Notes: a model not told the origin generated them from the sequence alone. A DNA stretch of 64,000 nt from Glaucostegus cemiculus (GCA_976551045.1 CDPCPM010000169.1:3534001-3598000), one strand, 5' to 3'; shown: positions 49,401 to 62,970, counted from the first letter of the stretch. A program made the numbers and translations.

Positions 49401-51494
49401 TCCACGTTCAATCACTGTCCAGTGACACAGAATGGAGCAGCTGGAATCACACCAAGTGATTAGTGTGCTAAATGAAGTGAAAATCTGGGCAATGTTTATT
49501 ATAGAGCGTTAGCACATAGCTTCATGCTTAGGACATCAAATCAGTTGTAGTATCACTGTCACTGCTTGTGATGGATTCAACACAGGAAGTTATTTTTATA
49601 ATTAGAGAAAAGACCAAGAAGTGACTGCCAAAATAACTTTAGAAAAATAAACAGAGGTCGTAAAGAGCAGAGAATAAACCTAGCTTCAAAAAAAGCTCAT
49701 TTAGACAATCAAGCTTGGCACCTCAACATTTTGACTGTTATAGTTTTGTTCTTTGGTTTCTGCATAGAAGAGAGGTTAAAAAAATAAAGAGATTCCTTCC
49801 TGTTGAATCTTGAATGGAGAAATGGATATTGTAAACATTGAAATTGACCTAATAATCATTTTCTATTTACTATTTTCCCCTTAAGTAGTAATCAGAAGCA
49901 ATGGAAAACATAAATTCTATATATACACCAGAGTATAAAAAGATGGTTAAATTTAAATAGCTAAAGCTTCTGGGGAAATTACAACTGTAATTCATCATAA
50001 AAATACATTATTTCTGTATTGTTATAATGACATAGGAAGCAAGGAAGGACAAACCACTTTGGTGGTTAACATAATTAACACTACAATATAGGATATTTGA
50101 CCACTTTAAATAACAAAATATGACTGATTTATTTAGTTTTTGCCCCCTTCGTCCCAGCACGGAGTGATAGATGATTTCCACATACAAATGGACAAAATTC
50201 CTAATGCATTTGCTAATATATTGCAGGATAAAGTCAGCTTTCAAGGTGATAGTGATAATGAAATTAAACCTCAAAATTATGTTATACTTTGCATTTATTC
50301 ATTAACTATAGGAAATAGGGAGTGGAAGGATCTTAGCAAAATATCGAATCCATTTGAAATTAGTTATCTTGGTGGATAGAAGGTATATTATATGTTGAGG
50401 AAGAAATGACCAAGAATGATGCCTCTTTTACATTATTTCCTATATCTTCTCACAGGAGGCATATGCAAAAACTGTTACATTTCTTCCACACATATCTAGA
50501 AAGCCAATTAAATCCATCTAATTATGCACTCACCCATGTAAAGTTTGGCAGGGTTGAAGGTCATCATCAATCTCATTGGCCTTGCCATTCTGTCTTGCAT
50601 TGCCTTTTGTAGGTCAGTGAGACAAAAAAGGCTCTTCCATTTGTCATTTTTCATCCAATTCCAAACCGATGTCTATAATGGGACTATAAATAAACTGTTG
50701 GTAGATTGTATGAAGCCTATTCAGACAATAATGGGGCATAATGTGTCGATCTGGGTTTGGACACATAATGTGAGGCAATACAATAGTGACACCATTTTTC
50801 TTAAAATTAGAAACTATTAAGACAGTTGTAACAGCATTGTAAGTTGCTCTTTTATTTGGGCTCTGATCCCTCCATTGTATTCTTCGTATGAAAATAGCTT
50901 TTCCACTCTGCACAGAGCAAATGGCAAAGGGCAGCTTTTCACAGGGTTTCACCCATGTAGAGCAATTATAAAACAATTTGCTCTCCCAACAGAGCTGGAT
51001 TTAATAATTTTGCCAAATCTGTCATAATCAATGACATCACAGTTTTCATATCTTTCTTATTTCATGGGAGGATTTTGTTATTGTTGTACAATATTTTGAT
51101 GTTCCACAGTATAGACTTTGTTTGTTTGTCAAGTTGCTTAATGTAAAAAGAAACTCCTTTACAACATAGAGCTATGGACTGCATTTTTCAGTGTACTTCT
51201 CCACTATGACTCACTTGGTCACTACACCATGTAGAATTCCATAAATTTTAAGGCAATTCTACTAAAAATGCCAGAAATATTCAACTATTATCAGCAGTGT
51301 GTACATAGTTGCTCTTTTTTGCTCCACTTTTAAAATTTCAGCAGGACACATTGGAGATGAAAATGGAAATGCCTATTGTGTAAAGCAGGATTAAAATGAA
51401 TTAACAATCCATTTTAGGTCACACCTCATTTCTCTTAATGAAATCAATGAAAAATTGGGTGCTGATTTGCTATCAGTGGTGATCGCCCAAGACA

Positions 51495-51845
51495 GAGCAG
51501 CGCAGTTAGCAGCAGCTAATGCTGCTGCTGCACAGCTCCAGTGACCACTGTTCAATCCTGACCTCAGGTACTGTTTACGTGGAGCTTGCACGTTCTCCCT
51601 ATGACCGTGTGCATTTTCCCTGCGTGGTCTGATTACCTTCACATCCTGGAGACATGCTGATAGGGTATTTGACTACAGCAAGTAGAGCCTAGTGGAGGTG
51701 GGTGGCAGGAAAATCAGGGGAAGTTGATGGGCATGTGAGATAGAATATAGGTTACATGGAAATAAATGGGAGAATGGGACTGATTAGACTACACTGAAAA
51801 CTGTCGTAGACTCAATGAATCGAACAGGATTCTGTAATGCTACAA
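51495..51845 (+). mobile_element. Older V-SINE copy
   Basis: gttcaatcctgacctcagg...gtggagcttgcacgttctccctatgaccgtgtgcattttcc...ggaagttgatgggcatgtg. Confidence 0.7.
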
Positions 51846-53610
51846 GAAAAGATGAATTATGCCCTCCTCTTGTTTCAAAAAAGGGAACGTGAACAGCTAA
51901 CAACTAAAATTATGTGTGAGGGTCATGGTGCATGATTAACCTGGTCTACTCTTTTAAATGATAGTTGTATGTAGCCAGTATTCATGGCACTGTTCCATAT
52001 CACAAGTGGGTACTGTTGCTTTAAGGTAACAAGTACCTCTTAAAGTGATGGTGCATCTGGCTGCAAATAACTGGTGGGAAATATTTCTGTGCTCAATGTG
52101 GGTAATAATACTTTGCACTGGTTGAGTACCTGAGAGAGCAAACACCACAATTTTCAGATAATGCCCCAGGAGGACTGGTGGAAGATATGAAAAGGAGGAA
52201 AGATGACTGTATGCGTAGGGGGTTATCGAGGTTCCCTCTTCCCTGCACAACCTCCCCTGGCTCCCAGGAAAGTATTACAAAGTTCAAAGCCAGCAGTACT
52301 GTTTTATTAATGTGGATACCTTACAACAAGGAGTTAAAAAATCTGATACAAGATCTCATGGCAAATGAGTTAATTGTCCATTTTTCATATCCAACAAATT
52401 GTGCCACCAGCTCCATCTGCCTTTTCATTTAACAACTCGCCACCAACACATCCCCTCACCTCACCTGCCCAATGTTCATCTATATCTAACGATTGGTATC
52501 CATTTCTTTAATATATATACTTCAGCTGACGCACTCTCCTTTGTTGCAAGCCTTGCACTGCAACTCACAGTCTGCAGACTGGGATCAGCTAATCAATCAC
52601 GACAGCTGCCTTATCCAAACATAATGCAAAATATTTACTGAAATAACCTTTCGTTTCTGCAAGAGAGGTGGCACGTAACATAGTAGTAAGGAAATGGTGG
52701 AGGACAATGCCACTTGGATGTTTTATGTCCCATGGAGGAGACAGTGTTCATAATATCAAGGCTGGGGGCTGTCAACACTGCTGAGAACAGAAGAACCAGT
52801 GATGGATAGGTGGAGGTTTCACATACCTAATTCTACTTCTCTCAAACCATTCTTCCCTCACAATTCAATCTCTTATAGGTTGACAGATTGTGTAAGTATC
52901 TGTTTGTTATTCTCCCCGCACCATGTCCCAAGCTTCATCCCTTTTTATTTTCAAAAACCCAAGAACCCACTCCTTGGAGAAGAGTATGAAGATGAAGAGA
53001 CAGAGTTGCTTGATCTTGTACATGGCAGCTCAGAGACCGAACACTGAGCCCAGGGAAGAAGATAGATCTGTATGTGGTGAGATACCAAATGCAAGTATGC
53101 TTGGAGTCTAAGATGTGTGCACATAGCTCTGGTGGTGACACTTTTGGACACCATCGCAGAAGTAGGGCTTATGCACAGCTAATATCTATGTACAGTATAT
53201 CAAGCAGGCTGTGTCAATGATTATGCAATAATGATCTGATACCAGTGCAGCCATATTCAAATTCCACATTCCAGTCTATGCCCCAGTTTAACCTTGCACA
53301 TACATTAAATGAGAGGACTCCTTGTAGTGCTATGTAAGGGGATTGTGAACTCCTTGCACATTAGTTGCTGGCAAAAACCTCCAATTGTTGGTAGAATAGC
53401 ATCTCAACCATAGCCCGCATCTCAAAAGGGTTGTTACAGAGCAATTCCCCAACCTCAGCATAGACAAATGATTCAGACACTTTCAGGTCACTAAAGAGTT
53501 TCTGTATCAATTCAACTGATTGTTGCAGTCACAACTGTAGCTTCAATTTAGAGCAAGGACAATATTGCCTGTGGCCATGAAGATAGTATTTGTTGTATCT
53601 GCCTCCTTCT

Positions 53611-53753
53611 AATTTATCCCCTCCAATTGAGAACAACATTCCCACTGTAGCCATTTGTCTTCTCACAAGACTATATCTAAATCCAGGCATTATACAGCCC
53701 AATTTCTCCCCTCTGATTGAGAAAAACATTTCCACTGCAGCCTTTTGTCTTCT
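53611..53753 (+). repeat. Diverged direct repeat, 53-bp unit, period 90
   Basis: 53611-53663 versus 53701-53753, 7 mismatches. Confidence 0.8.
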
Positions 53754-54759
53754 ACGGGAATCATCAAGGAACCATTATTATTATATCTCAGAACTCCATA
53801 AACTGAGTTCTCTTGGCTAAGAGGGATAGATTAGAGTCAGTGAGTCTGGGTTTACAGAGTAAATTATTTGATGAGGTTACATTAAGCTTCTGTGGAAACT
53901 AGAATTCTTTTTAACCTCCACAATTTACAATGTTCAGGAATTAAAAATCTAAGCATGGTGTCAACTAATCCCAGTGCTTGATTTACTTGGTCTTTGCTTT
54001 GTGTGATGTCCTTAACCCTTAATTTTACATGATTAATAAAAAATGAACAAACTTTCATTGGACTGAAAACAAGGTAAATCTAAGCAGGAGGCATTTTAGT
54101 GATTAGTGTTTTTTTGCTCAGTGCACTCAGCTGAATCCTATTCTGATTTGGCGCCAGTGCTCATGAACTACATTGATAGTTCTATGAAATAATGGTCCCA
54201 GTAGGCACTGGGGATCCGAGGAGTGGTGGAGAGTTAAACTGTAACACCCAAGGTAAATCGTAATATTTGAACTAAAGCAAGACTCCAATCATCTTTTCCA
54301 GTTCTAGGATCAAAGGAGTCTCAAGGGAAGAACTGCTCTATTCAGTGACATAAACACACCTGTAAATATATTCTGCTGTCACTATACATAACAACCATCA
54401 CATGCTTTCCCACATTATTACTTGCTAACTAGTGACCTTTTTCAAAAAATATTCAATCATTTTTCAGTACATTAAATTGAGACTGAAACAACACACACTG
54501 AAATTCTTAATTATATCAAGGAAGCAGAAATGTGTCCATCCTTATCACTTACTTCACAACTAACCAGCAGCAGAGGTTTTCTATCTTTTACATTACTTAC
54601 TTACTTCAATTGTGCTAACCATTTGATCTCTTGCTAAGCTGGCACACGGCCAGGAACTGAGAACTGGAAGTGAGCTTACAGCGTGATATTCACAAAGTAC
54701 AGTTCATTTATCTTATGAGAGACTTCAGATAATCACCCCTTTCCAGTTTAGTGAGTGTA

Positions 54760-55210
54760 TAGATCCAAATTTGCTAAGTGGGAAAGTAAACTGTGAGAAT
54801 ATACAGACTACAAAGAGGGACATGAGTTTAACTCCCTTTAGCAGATGATTAGTAATTTGGAAAAAAAATATGAAGTTATACACTTTGGTGTCAAAAAAAT
54901 TTTAAAAACTTTTTTTAAAATGAGAAACTGAGGGAAGTTCATGTTGGGGGACTGGTGTATTTTACATATATCATTGGAAGTGAACATGCAGATAAAGCAA
55001 GCAATTAGGAAAGGAAGTAATATGCTGATATGCTTTATTAGAAAGAGGCTGCAGATTATACAGAGCCTGGGTGTGATTACATCTGGCATACTGTTCACAG
55101 GTTAGAAGGGCTCCTTAGTTAAAGAAGGATATGTGTGCTTACTTTCCAGAGAGTGCTACAAAGGTTCACTTGGGTAATTCCACAGATGAGGGGATCCTCC
55201 TTGAAGAGAC
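54760..55210 (+). mobile_element. Decayed CR1 RT/C-terminal fragment
   Basis: SKFA..., LQRD, YEVIHFG, QIKQAIRKGSNML and LYRAWV remnants. Confidence 0.65.
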
Positions 55211-55729
55211 TGAGAGACTCTGCGACAAAAGGTTCTCCAGAGAATTGAGCACAAAATTCAAGACCAATATATCAGTACAGTTCTGAGGCACATGCCATTT
55301 TTTTTTACATAATAAAGACCAGATCGTGGCAGCTATTCCCATGAGCTCCAATTAGAACCAACAGCATTCAGGCACTCAAACTGAATTTAGTTGTTCCCAC
55401 TTGCTCTCTGAAATGAGGAAATCAGAATACTGACAGATATGTTCAGCTGCTGCAATGGGTGCAATCTTGCTGGTTTTCTCTGTCTGACACCAGTTCAGGA
55501 TTGGCTTAGGATCCAAGGTTCAAATGGGGATAGTTAGGCAATGATTTTGGAAAGTAAGTTTCGTCTTAAAAACAAACTATTTTGACTTAGTTTAATTAAT
55601 TGCTTTAATTAATTAATTAATTACGTTTTAAATTAACTTTTTAACATTTATTTAATTCTCTTTCATTTATTTACTTCAATTTTAAGTGCCAGAGACATTT
55701 CAAAAAAAGAACAAGAGTGTCAATCTTTT

Positions 55730-55925
55730 AGTCCCGGACAATACTTATCCTCCAATAAATACTACAGAATAATATTACCTGTCTGTGGGCGTGACTGTAC
55801 AGAAATTGGCTGTAGCATTTCCTACATCACAATGACTCAGAAGTTCTTCATTGGTTGGGAATGGCTTTAGGCCATTCTGAATGGGGCATGATATGTGTTA
55901 AATAAAACAAAATCTTGTTTTTCTC
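55730..55925 (+). mobile_element. DeuSINE-like 3' half
   Basis: gtctgtgggcgtgactgtacagaaattggctgtagcatttcctacatcacaatgactcagaagttcttcattgg; similar to the 3' half of 15960-16292. Confidence 0.6.
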
Positions 55926-56099
55926 TTCTCAAAGTTAGCCTCATATTCCCTGGAGTTGATCTCAATGAAACATAAAATTCTCTAGTGGTTTAACAGGGTT
56001 TATTAGAATATTTTTCCTGGCCGGTTTCAGAATAAGGAATAAGAAGAGGAGCAAAACGTATACATTCAAAGAGTTCCTTATTTCATTATAACAGCACAG

Positions 56100-56750
56100 G
56101 AGGCCAAGGAACAAACTTGGAGGAGCTCAGCAGGTTGAGCAGCATCTGTGTGGGAAAGGAATTATGGACATCTCGAGTTGAGACACTGCATCATGACTAA
56201 AAGTGGAGAGGAAAGATCACTGATATGAAGAAGAGAAACAGAGGGGTGAGACGGGGGTTGGTTGGTGATAGGTGGACTGAGGATGTGTGAGGGATGATGG
56301 GCAGAAGGAGGCAGGTAGGACAGAGAGAAGGCAGAGTTCGGAGACAGGCATGTAGTTGCTAGTTGGAAGCAGTCAAGGAAAGGGGGAGTAGAGGGTGAAG
56401 ATGGAGGGTGATAGTGGGAACCATTTAATGGATAGATGAAGGACAGATAGAATAAGATGAGGGAGGGGAACTGGTGGATGAAGTGTGCGAGTACTATGTG
56501 GATGGAACCAGGAGAGGGAGGGAGACAAAAATGGGTGACGTGGGATGGGAGGGGGCGATGGGAAAAGGAATAACAATGGAAGGACCAGTGGTCGATCAGA
56601 TGGAGAGAGGGAAGAAAACACAGGAGGTAAGGGTCACCTGAAACTGGAAAATTCAAACTTCATATCATTAGGTTGTGTACTTGCCAGGCAGAATATGAGA
56701 TGTTGTTCTTCTCGTTTTTGTTAAGCCTCACCCTGGCAGTGGGGAAGGCT
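56100..56750 (-). mobile_element. Penelope-like element 3' end (endonuclease C-terminus, pyrimidine-rich spacer, terminal motif)
   Basis: Minus-strand HCQGEA*QKREEQHLIFCLASTQPNDMKFEFSSFR*; terminal motif AGTC-ATGATGC-AGTGTCTCAACTC-GAGAT-GTC. Confidence 0.8.
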
Positions 56751-56755
56751 GACGA

Positions 56756-57095
56756 TAGAAGCCATTTTGGTCCATCAAGTCTATGCTGGCTCTCAGAGCA
56801 CCCCCAATCATACACTAATTTGCTCTGTAATCTATTTTATTTGCCCCACATTCCAGTCAACATTTTCAAGCTTTGCTACTCACCTACACACGAGGGGCAA
56901 TTTACAGTGGCGAATTAATTTACCAATCTGTACATCTTTGGAATGTGGGAGGAAACCGGAGAACCTGGGGGAAACTCAAGCAGTCACGAGAAGACTGTAC
57001 AAACTCCGTATAGGTAAAACCAGAAGTCAGGATTGAACCTACTTCACTAGGGCTGTGAAGCAGCAGCTCTACTAGCTGTATCACGGTGTCACCTG
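56756..57095 (-). mobile_element. Older V-SINE copy
   Basis: ggaatgtgggaggaaaccggagaacctgggggaaac...caggattgaacc. Confidence 0.75.
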
Positions 57096-57354
57096 ACGAT
57101 TATGATTATAAAACTACAGAATTCTTGACACTAGAGACTTATGAATGGCCATTCAGAAAGCATTTTCAAAGCAGAGAAAGTGTTTTGGATACTTGTTGAA
57201 TCAAGGAATAAGAGAATTGTGTAAGAGAGCAGACTTGAGTAAGCTATAACCTGATTAAATGCAGAGCAAAGTTATGGGAGTGAATTACCAGGTCTTGCTA
57301 TTGTTTCTTTAATATTTTTTTGCTTTATAGGTATATATTTTTAAAAACTTTACC

Positions 57355-57590
57355 TATAACAGCACAGTAACAAGCCCTTGCAGCCCAATGAGCCCGTGCC
57401 TCCCAATTACACCCTTGTTAACCTACTAACCCGTACATCTTTTGACATGTGGGAGGAAACTGGAGCACGCAGAGGAAACCAACATAGTCATGGGGAGAAA
57501 ATACAAACTCCTTACAGAAGGCAGCGGGAATTGAACCCTGATCACTGGCACTGTGATAGCATTGCGCTAACCACTATGCTACCGTACCGC
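57355..57590 (-). mobile_element. V-SINE (HE1-like) with CR1-type tail
   Basis: tRNA-like head, V-domain and tail acagcacagtaacaagcccttgcagccc (as read on the + strand). Confidence 0.85.
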
Positions 57591-58989
57591 ACTTTTGCAA
57601 AGGATGTTACTTGTTAATAACAGCTTGCATTGTAGGTATCTATGTTCTATAATGTTCTAAACATTGTATAGGGTTATAAAACTGTTAACTCAAATAGAAC
57701 TGCATCCAAAACAGAGGCTTAAACATTCTTGGGCATTACTAAGTAAGCACCATTCTATTTCACTGACGAAATGTGCTGTCCAGGGCTGAGATTGAGTTTA
57801 AGAGGAAGAGACAGCCAGCAGTTATATGCCCAATCAAAGCCTGGGGTCTACAAACTGAATAACAAATCAGGAGTAAATGAGACTGGAGTGGGTGATCACG
57901 TAAGCGGCCAGAAAGGAGGGTGATCAGGACTTCCATCAAAAGATTTGAGGAATTTCTGGGTTTACAGGGAGATTGGCAAGTTGGAGTTCAGGGCCTGGTC
58001 AAATGGGGGAAATTGGTGGATGAGGGTGATAGTCAATACTGTCATGGGGTGAAGGGCCAATAAAAAGGATGGGGCTTAGCTCAGCGAGGTCTCCATCTGG
58101 CACATGATCTTAAGGCCATGCAAGTGCCAAATGATGGTCACTCCAGAAACAACTTTGCCTAATTTTCTCTGCAATGTTCTAACAGGAGCCTTAGACAGGA
58201 AAACAATGCAATTTGAAATCCTGTCAAATGCACAAATGGGGCTAATGATGCCTAGTCAAATTTCTGGTCGCGATGCAAAATGTAACAAAAATGGTAATTA
58301 TCACATTTCACTTCATGGTCAATAAATGTTCAACTGTTATCTAAGTTCTAGGCCAAAGATTTCTTTACATTCTTTTGTTTCATCATTGATTGTTTTCTGG
58401 CCAAGTGTATTTTCTTAAGTGTATTTTTATTTAATTTTCAGATTAAGCATATGAAATAATTCTACCTATAGATGGCTAAACAAATATTTATGACAAATTC
58501 GATTTATTTTAGATAAACCCAATTCAGTATTTTTAGGGTTATTAATCAATTACAATAGATTAAAAGCCAGAATTAGTAAGAAACAAGCCTGAGAAGTACA
58601 AAGTGGGATGGAGATACAACTTTTGTAATGGACTTGAGATTCAGTGGTAAAACTGGTGTTCAGTTGAGACTAAGTAAGGAAGGGATGCTGGCATCTAGAT
58701 TCATCTCCACTGCTGTTCACGTTTAACATAGCAGAATCACTAATATTGTTGCCTGATAAAATGTGACAAAATCTGGTATAATAAAGAAGGAACACTAATA
58801 TTTACCCAGTTCTTCTTTACCAAAATCTGCCGACCTATGACTAGTTTTGGTTTTGTCACTGTCACACAGCTCCAGAACTGACTGCAGCTTTGGAACAATT
58901 ATGAACAAAAGGGCTGAACTCTGCTGGTGAAATGAGAGTGACTGCTCTTGACAACAAATATGGTCCCAAGGAGGCAGAGTCAAACTGAA

Positions 58990-59840
58990 ATGTAGAGATC
59001 AGCGGAAACCCAGGGCAACACTGTAGGCCTAACCATCTTCAGTTGCATCAACAAGACCTTCACTCCATTAAAACCTCTGAAGGAGGGTGTTCTTAGATGA
59101 TAACGCAATTTTCAATTCCATTGTTCAGAAAATGCAGCCTGCAGGCACGGACTGCTTCAAGACCCAGACAATGTACAAGACTGGGCTAATTTAGAGGAGT
59201 AGATGCTAGACCAGTGGAAGGCAAAGACAATTGAGGATCTGACCACCTTGCCCTAAACTTTAACAGCATGCCATTAATTAGCTTCCACCATCAAAATCCT
59301 AATCTCACCACAGACCACAATGTTAACTGAAATACTGTGGTCACAGGAGTAGGTCAGACAGTGTGTACTCTGTGGTGAATGACTCACTTCCTGACTCCCC
59401 AAAGCCTCTTGACCATTTACTTGATGCAAGTCAAAAATGCAAAGGAATAGTCTCCACTTGTCTGGATAGATCAGCTCCTACACAATGAAGCTTGACAACA
59501 TCTGTAGAAATCAATCTACTTGATTTGGACTCGTGCACCACATAAAACTCTCAGGAATATCAGTGGTGCAATATGGCTGCTGTGTAAACCATTTACCAGG
59601 TACACTGCAGCAATTTGTTCAAGCCTCCTTAAACAGAATTCACAAACTTGTGTTCTCTGTCCCTTAAGAAGACATGGGGAATATTATCACCACACATCAC
59701 CCTGACATTTCCGCTGGATCAAAATCCGGAACAACACCCCATTTAACAGCACTGCAGGATGAGTTTTACCACATAAGACTGTGGTGGTTTAAGACGACAG
59801 TTGGCCACCAGTTCAGCAAGGGTACACCCTCTGAATAAAT
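58990..59840 (+). mobile_element. Decayed CR1/L2-group LINE RT and 3' region
   Basis: QDPDNVQDWA and THFLTPQSLLTIY...SPLVWI remnants; collinear with the reverse complement of 22450-23620. Confidence 0.65.
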
Positions 59841-62041
59841 GCATTTTAAAAATCTTCCCCTGTGGGTGAACTCCTGTGCTACATTCTAATGAAAGAGGAG
59901 CACCATGCATAAGAGAAAGCTTAACATTTAGTCATGTTGGTAATACTGCACTTACATTTGTTTTACACTGGAATTTACGTTTCAGCACAAAGGAGCTCCA
60001 CAGGATTCCATCAACATAAAAATGGGTAAATTGTCACGTTCATGGAATTGATGAACTACTGAGATGTGCTACAGAATTATGTACAATAGAATGAGGGCAA
60101 ACAATATGAGCTACCGTATATCTTCAACAAAAACTCTTCTCCCACACACAGTATGGGGTTTTAAAGTCTTAGATAATAAAAAGTTTGGATGTGCAGAACT
60201 TGCTGATTTTTGAACATATGATTTTCAGAGTTAAGTTTTTGCAATTTTCTCCTTGCATATCTCTCCTACTTCAAAAGCAGTGTAACATTTTGTTAATGCA
60301 GAATTAGCTGAGTTAAGGGCTCTCTCCCACACATTACAATGTACTGTTGTCAAGCTGCATGATCTGTTGATTTCAAGGTCTTTCACCTCAATTTCAAATT
60401 TTTCCGTCTAGTTCCCCTTCTTATCTCACTGTACGCCTCTAGCCATAAGTTACAACCTGTACTTTCTGTGCCTCTGAGTCCAGATAACAGCTCGTTCCAT
60501 GTTTTGTTTTCTATTCTAACAAAGGCTGAGCCTGCAGAGATTACAACGGAACGCTTTGATCCACCTTGCTAACCCTTTCACTCTTCCAATATGTTCTATA
60601 AATCTTTCTCCTCACTCTGTTATGTCTTTGATCGTCCCATTTCACCATCCCACCCCAATGCACCTTCCCATCCAGCAGTCAGTATCACTAGTGACTAGTG
60701 TTTATCTCTGTGGTTGTAAGATGTTCTTTAAAATAATTATCAACTATTGTAAAAAGGTTTACATATGCATTAAATGTTATGTAAAGGAAGCTCATAACAA
60801 AGGCATTTTTACTAATAATACATGGTCCAATTTAGACCAATAACATATGAACAATATAATGCCAAGTGGGAAGGTTCCTTCTAATTATGAGGTGTTTGTG
60901 ATTTTATAAGCATAGCAGAAAGAGATCCTCTGCTTTTTCCTTTGTTCTTCCAATTTTCTTAAAAATTTGCTTAAAATGTTAAGCATAGTAAATCCTTCTG
61001 TGAGGTGTATGTCACAGTGCAAACAGGAAAAGCATTCTCCCCTTTAAACAACTGAGCTCTTTAATATTTGGTGATGCCCATTTTTTTTTCCAATGGAAAG
61101 AATAGGCCTGATCTGTCAGCACACTAGCTTGCTGAAAGATGCTAGTTAATGGATAACATTATTTTCTTATGCGGGAGAGGGAGGAACTTGCTACAGAAAG
61201 TCGACTAAAACTTCTCAGTACAAAATGAAAGCACACAGCTTGGCTATGTATATATAACTAGGCTCTTGACAGATCAAATTTAAGTCATGTTCTAATAAAA
61301 CCCTTGCAATTTTTTGGCACTCAGAAAGGGTCCTTTTGCATGTAGTGAGGGGTGGGACAATACATTTTTTTTTTGAGTCCCACGATGCCCATACACAATA
61401 TGAAGGCCTTTGTGCACTTAATTTGCTCCATGACCTTTCCCTCATTAGATCTGCCACTGTAGTCACAGGTCCGGTTCACGAGTTGTGGAGGACAGAGACC
61501 ATGTAAACCCTGTAGTTGGGAGGGTGCTGGTGGACAATGCTCAGCTGTCCACATATTGGTGGAGGGGGGTGGGTCAGGGTTGAGATTGGCAGCTGCTGGG
61601 TTCCAGGCCATGACTGGTTTACAGGTCACGAAGTAGGGGCGAGAGGTCTCAAGAACCGCCAGTAAAGAACCATCCTTACTTAAAGTGCACCTACTCCACT
61701 GGTTGGAACCTGCTTGGACTTGACACTATTAAGTTAGGGTAAAACAAGTCACACTCTTATCTTGGTTATGTCCTGCTTCTGCATGAATGGTTTTCCTGTG
61801 TGTAGACCACTTCTTAGCCAATAAAATTTACAGGAGTGCCTTACTAATACCAGACAAATGGAGGATCTGTCAGGAAAATTGTGGACTTCAGAGGCATTTC
61901 TGTAAGCACCCGATTGTACTACTTATTTATTTGCACAAAACAAATCTATCATGAATTTGTTGCAGGACATGACAAAATTTCAAGGTCTTGCACTATGATG
62001 TGAATAAATGGGAAATGGACATAAGGCAGGCAAATAATAAT

Positions 62042-62197
62042 TACAGACTGAATATAATTAATAATCATCAAAAATGAATTAAGTCTTCAGCAAAATAGCA
62101 CCAAGATAGTGATAAACATACAGACTGAATATAATTAATAATCATCAAACATGAATTAAGTCTTCAGCAAATTAGCACCAAGATAGTGATAAACATA
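62042..62197 (+). repeat. Recent 77-bp tandem duplication (2 copies)
   Basis: 62042-62118 versus 62119-62195, 2 mismatches, followed by a further TA. Confidence 0.95.
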
Positions 62198-62219
62198 GAT
62201 TCCTTACAAGCTAATGTAT

Positions 62220-62555
62220 GGGTGGCAGAGTGGTGCAGCAAACAGTCCTAAAAAAAATTATTTCACAGCTCTGGCAATCCAGGTTCGATCCTGACCCCTT
62301 GTGCTGCCTGTGTGCAGTTTGCATTTCATTGCAAGGGAATTCCCCTGTGCACTCTAATTTCCACTCACATCCCGAAGATGTGCTGGAGGGTAGGTTAACA
62401 TGAGTTATCCTGCTTGTAGGTGTGAAGTAGGAAAATCAGGGGAGTTGATAGGCCTGTGAGAGTGAGAGAATAAGTTACAGAGAAGAAAACAGGCTGAAGT
62501 GATTGCTCTGAGAACTGACATAAACATGATGGGCCAAATAGTCTCCTTCCATGTC
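62220..62555 (+). mobile_element. Older V-SINE copy
   Basis: ggtggcagagtggtgcagc...aggttcgatcctgacc...cacatcccgaagatgtgc...gggagttgatagg...atgggccaaatagtctcctt. Confidence 0.7.
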
Positions 62556-62654
62556 AAATGAAATTGAGATATGGGATCATTTTATTTAAAAGAGTGTTGT
62601 GTTTATTTCTTAATAGAAACTGCTGTAATGCATCTTTTCCATATTTCCATAACG

Positions 62655-62970
62655 ACAAAGGAGGTGGTCATTTGGTCCATCAAATCTATCCTATTTCACA
62701 GGGCAATCCCATTCCCCCACTATATGTTTCCCTGCAACCTATTCTCCCTACATTGCTATCAACTCTCCCCAGATATACATTAGGAATAATTTACAGTGTC
62801 TAATTAACATACCAACCAGCATGTCTTTGGGATTGAAAGGAAATTGGAGCACCCAGGTAAAACCAATTTGTTTACTGGGAATATGTGCAAATTCCACACA
62901 CACAACACTCTACATCAGGAATGAACCCAGATCGTTGGCGCTATAAGACAGCTGTACCACTGTGCCTCCC
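62655..62970 (-). mobile_element. Older V-SINE copy, tail to tail with the previous one
   Basis: gcatgtctttgggattgaaaggaaattggagcacccaggtaaaacc...atgaacccag...ccactgtgcctccc. Confidence 0.7.

Noticed and set aside
56162-56656. 164-aa Pro/Ser/His-rich ORF
   Set aside because: It is a translation of the low-complexity pyrimidine-rich spacer in a PLE 3' region.
53611-62197. Spaced or tandem repeats as a CRISPR-like array
   Set aside because: Only two units each, too long or diverged, in a eukaryotic context with no cas genes.
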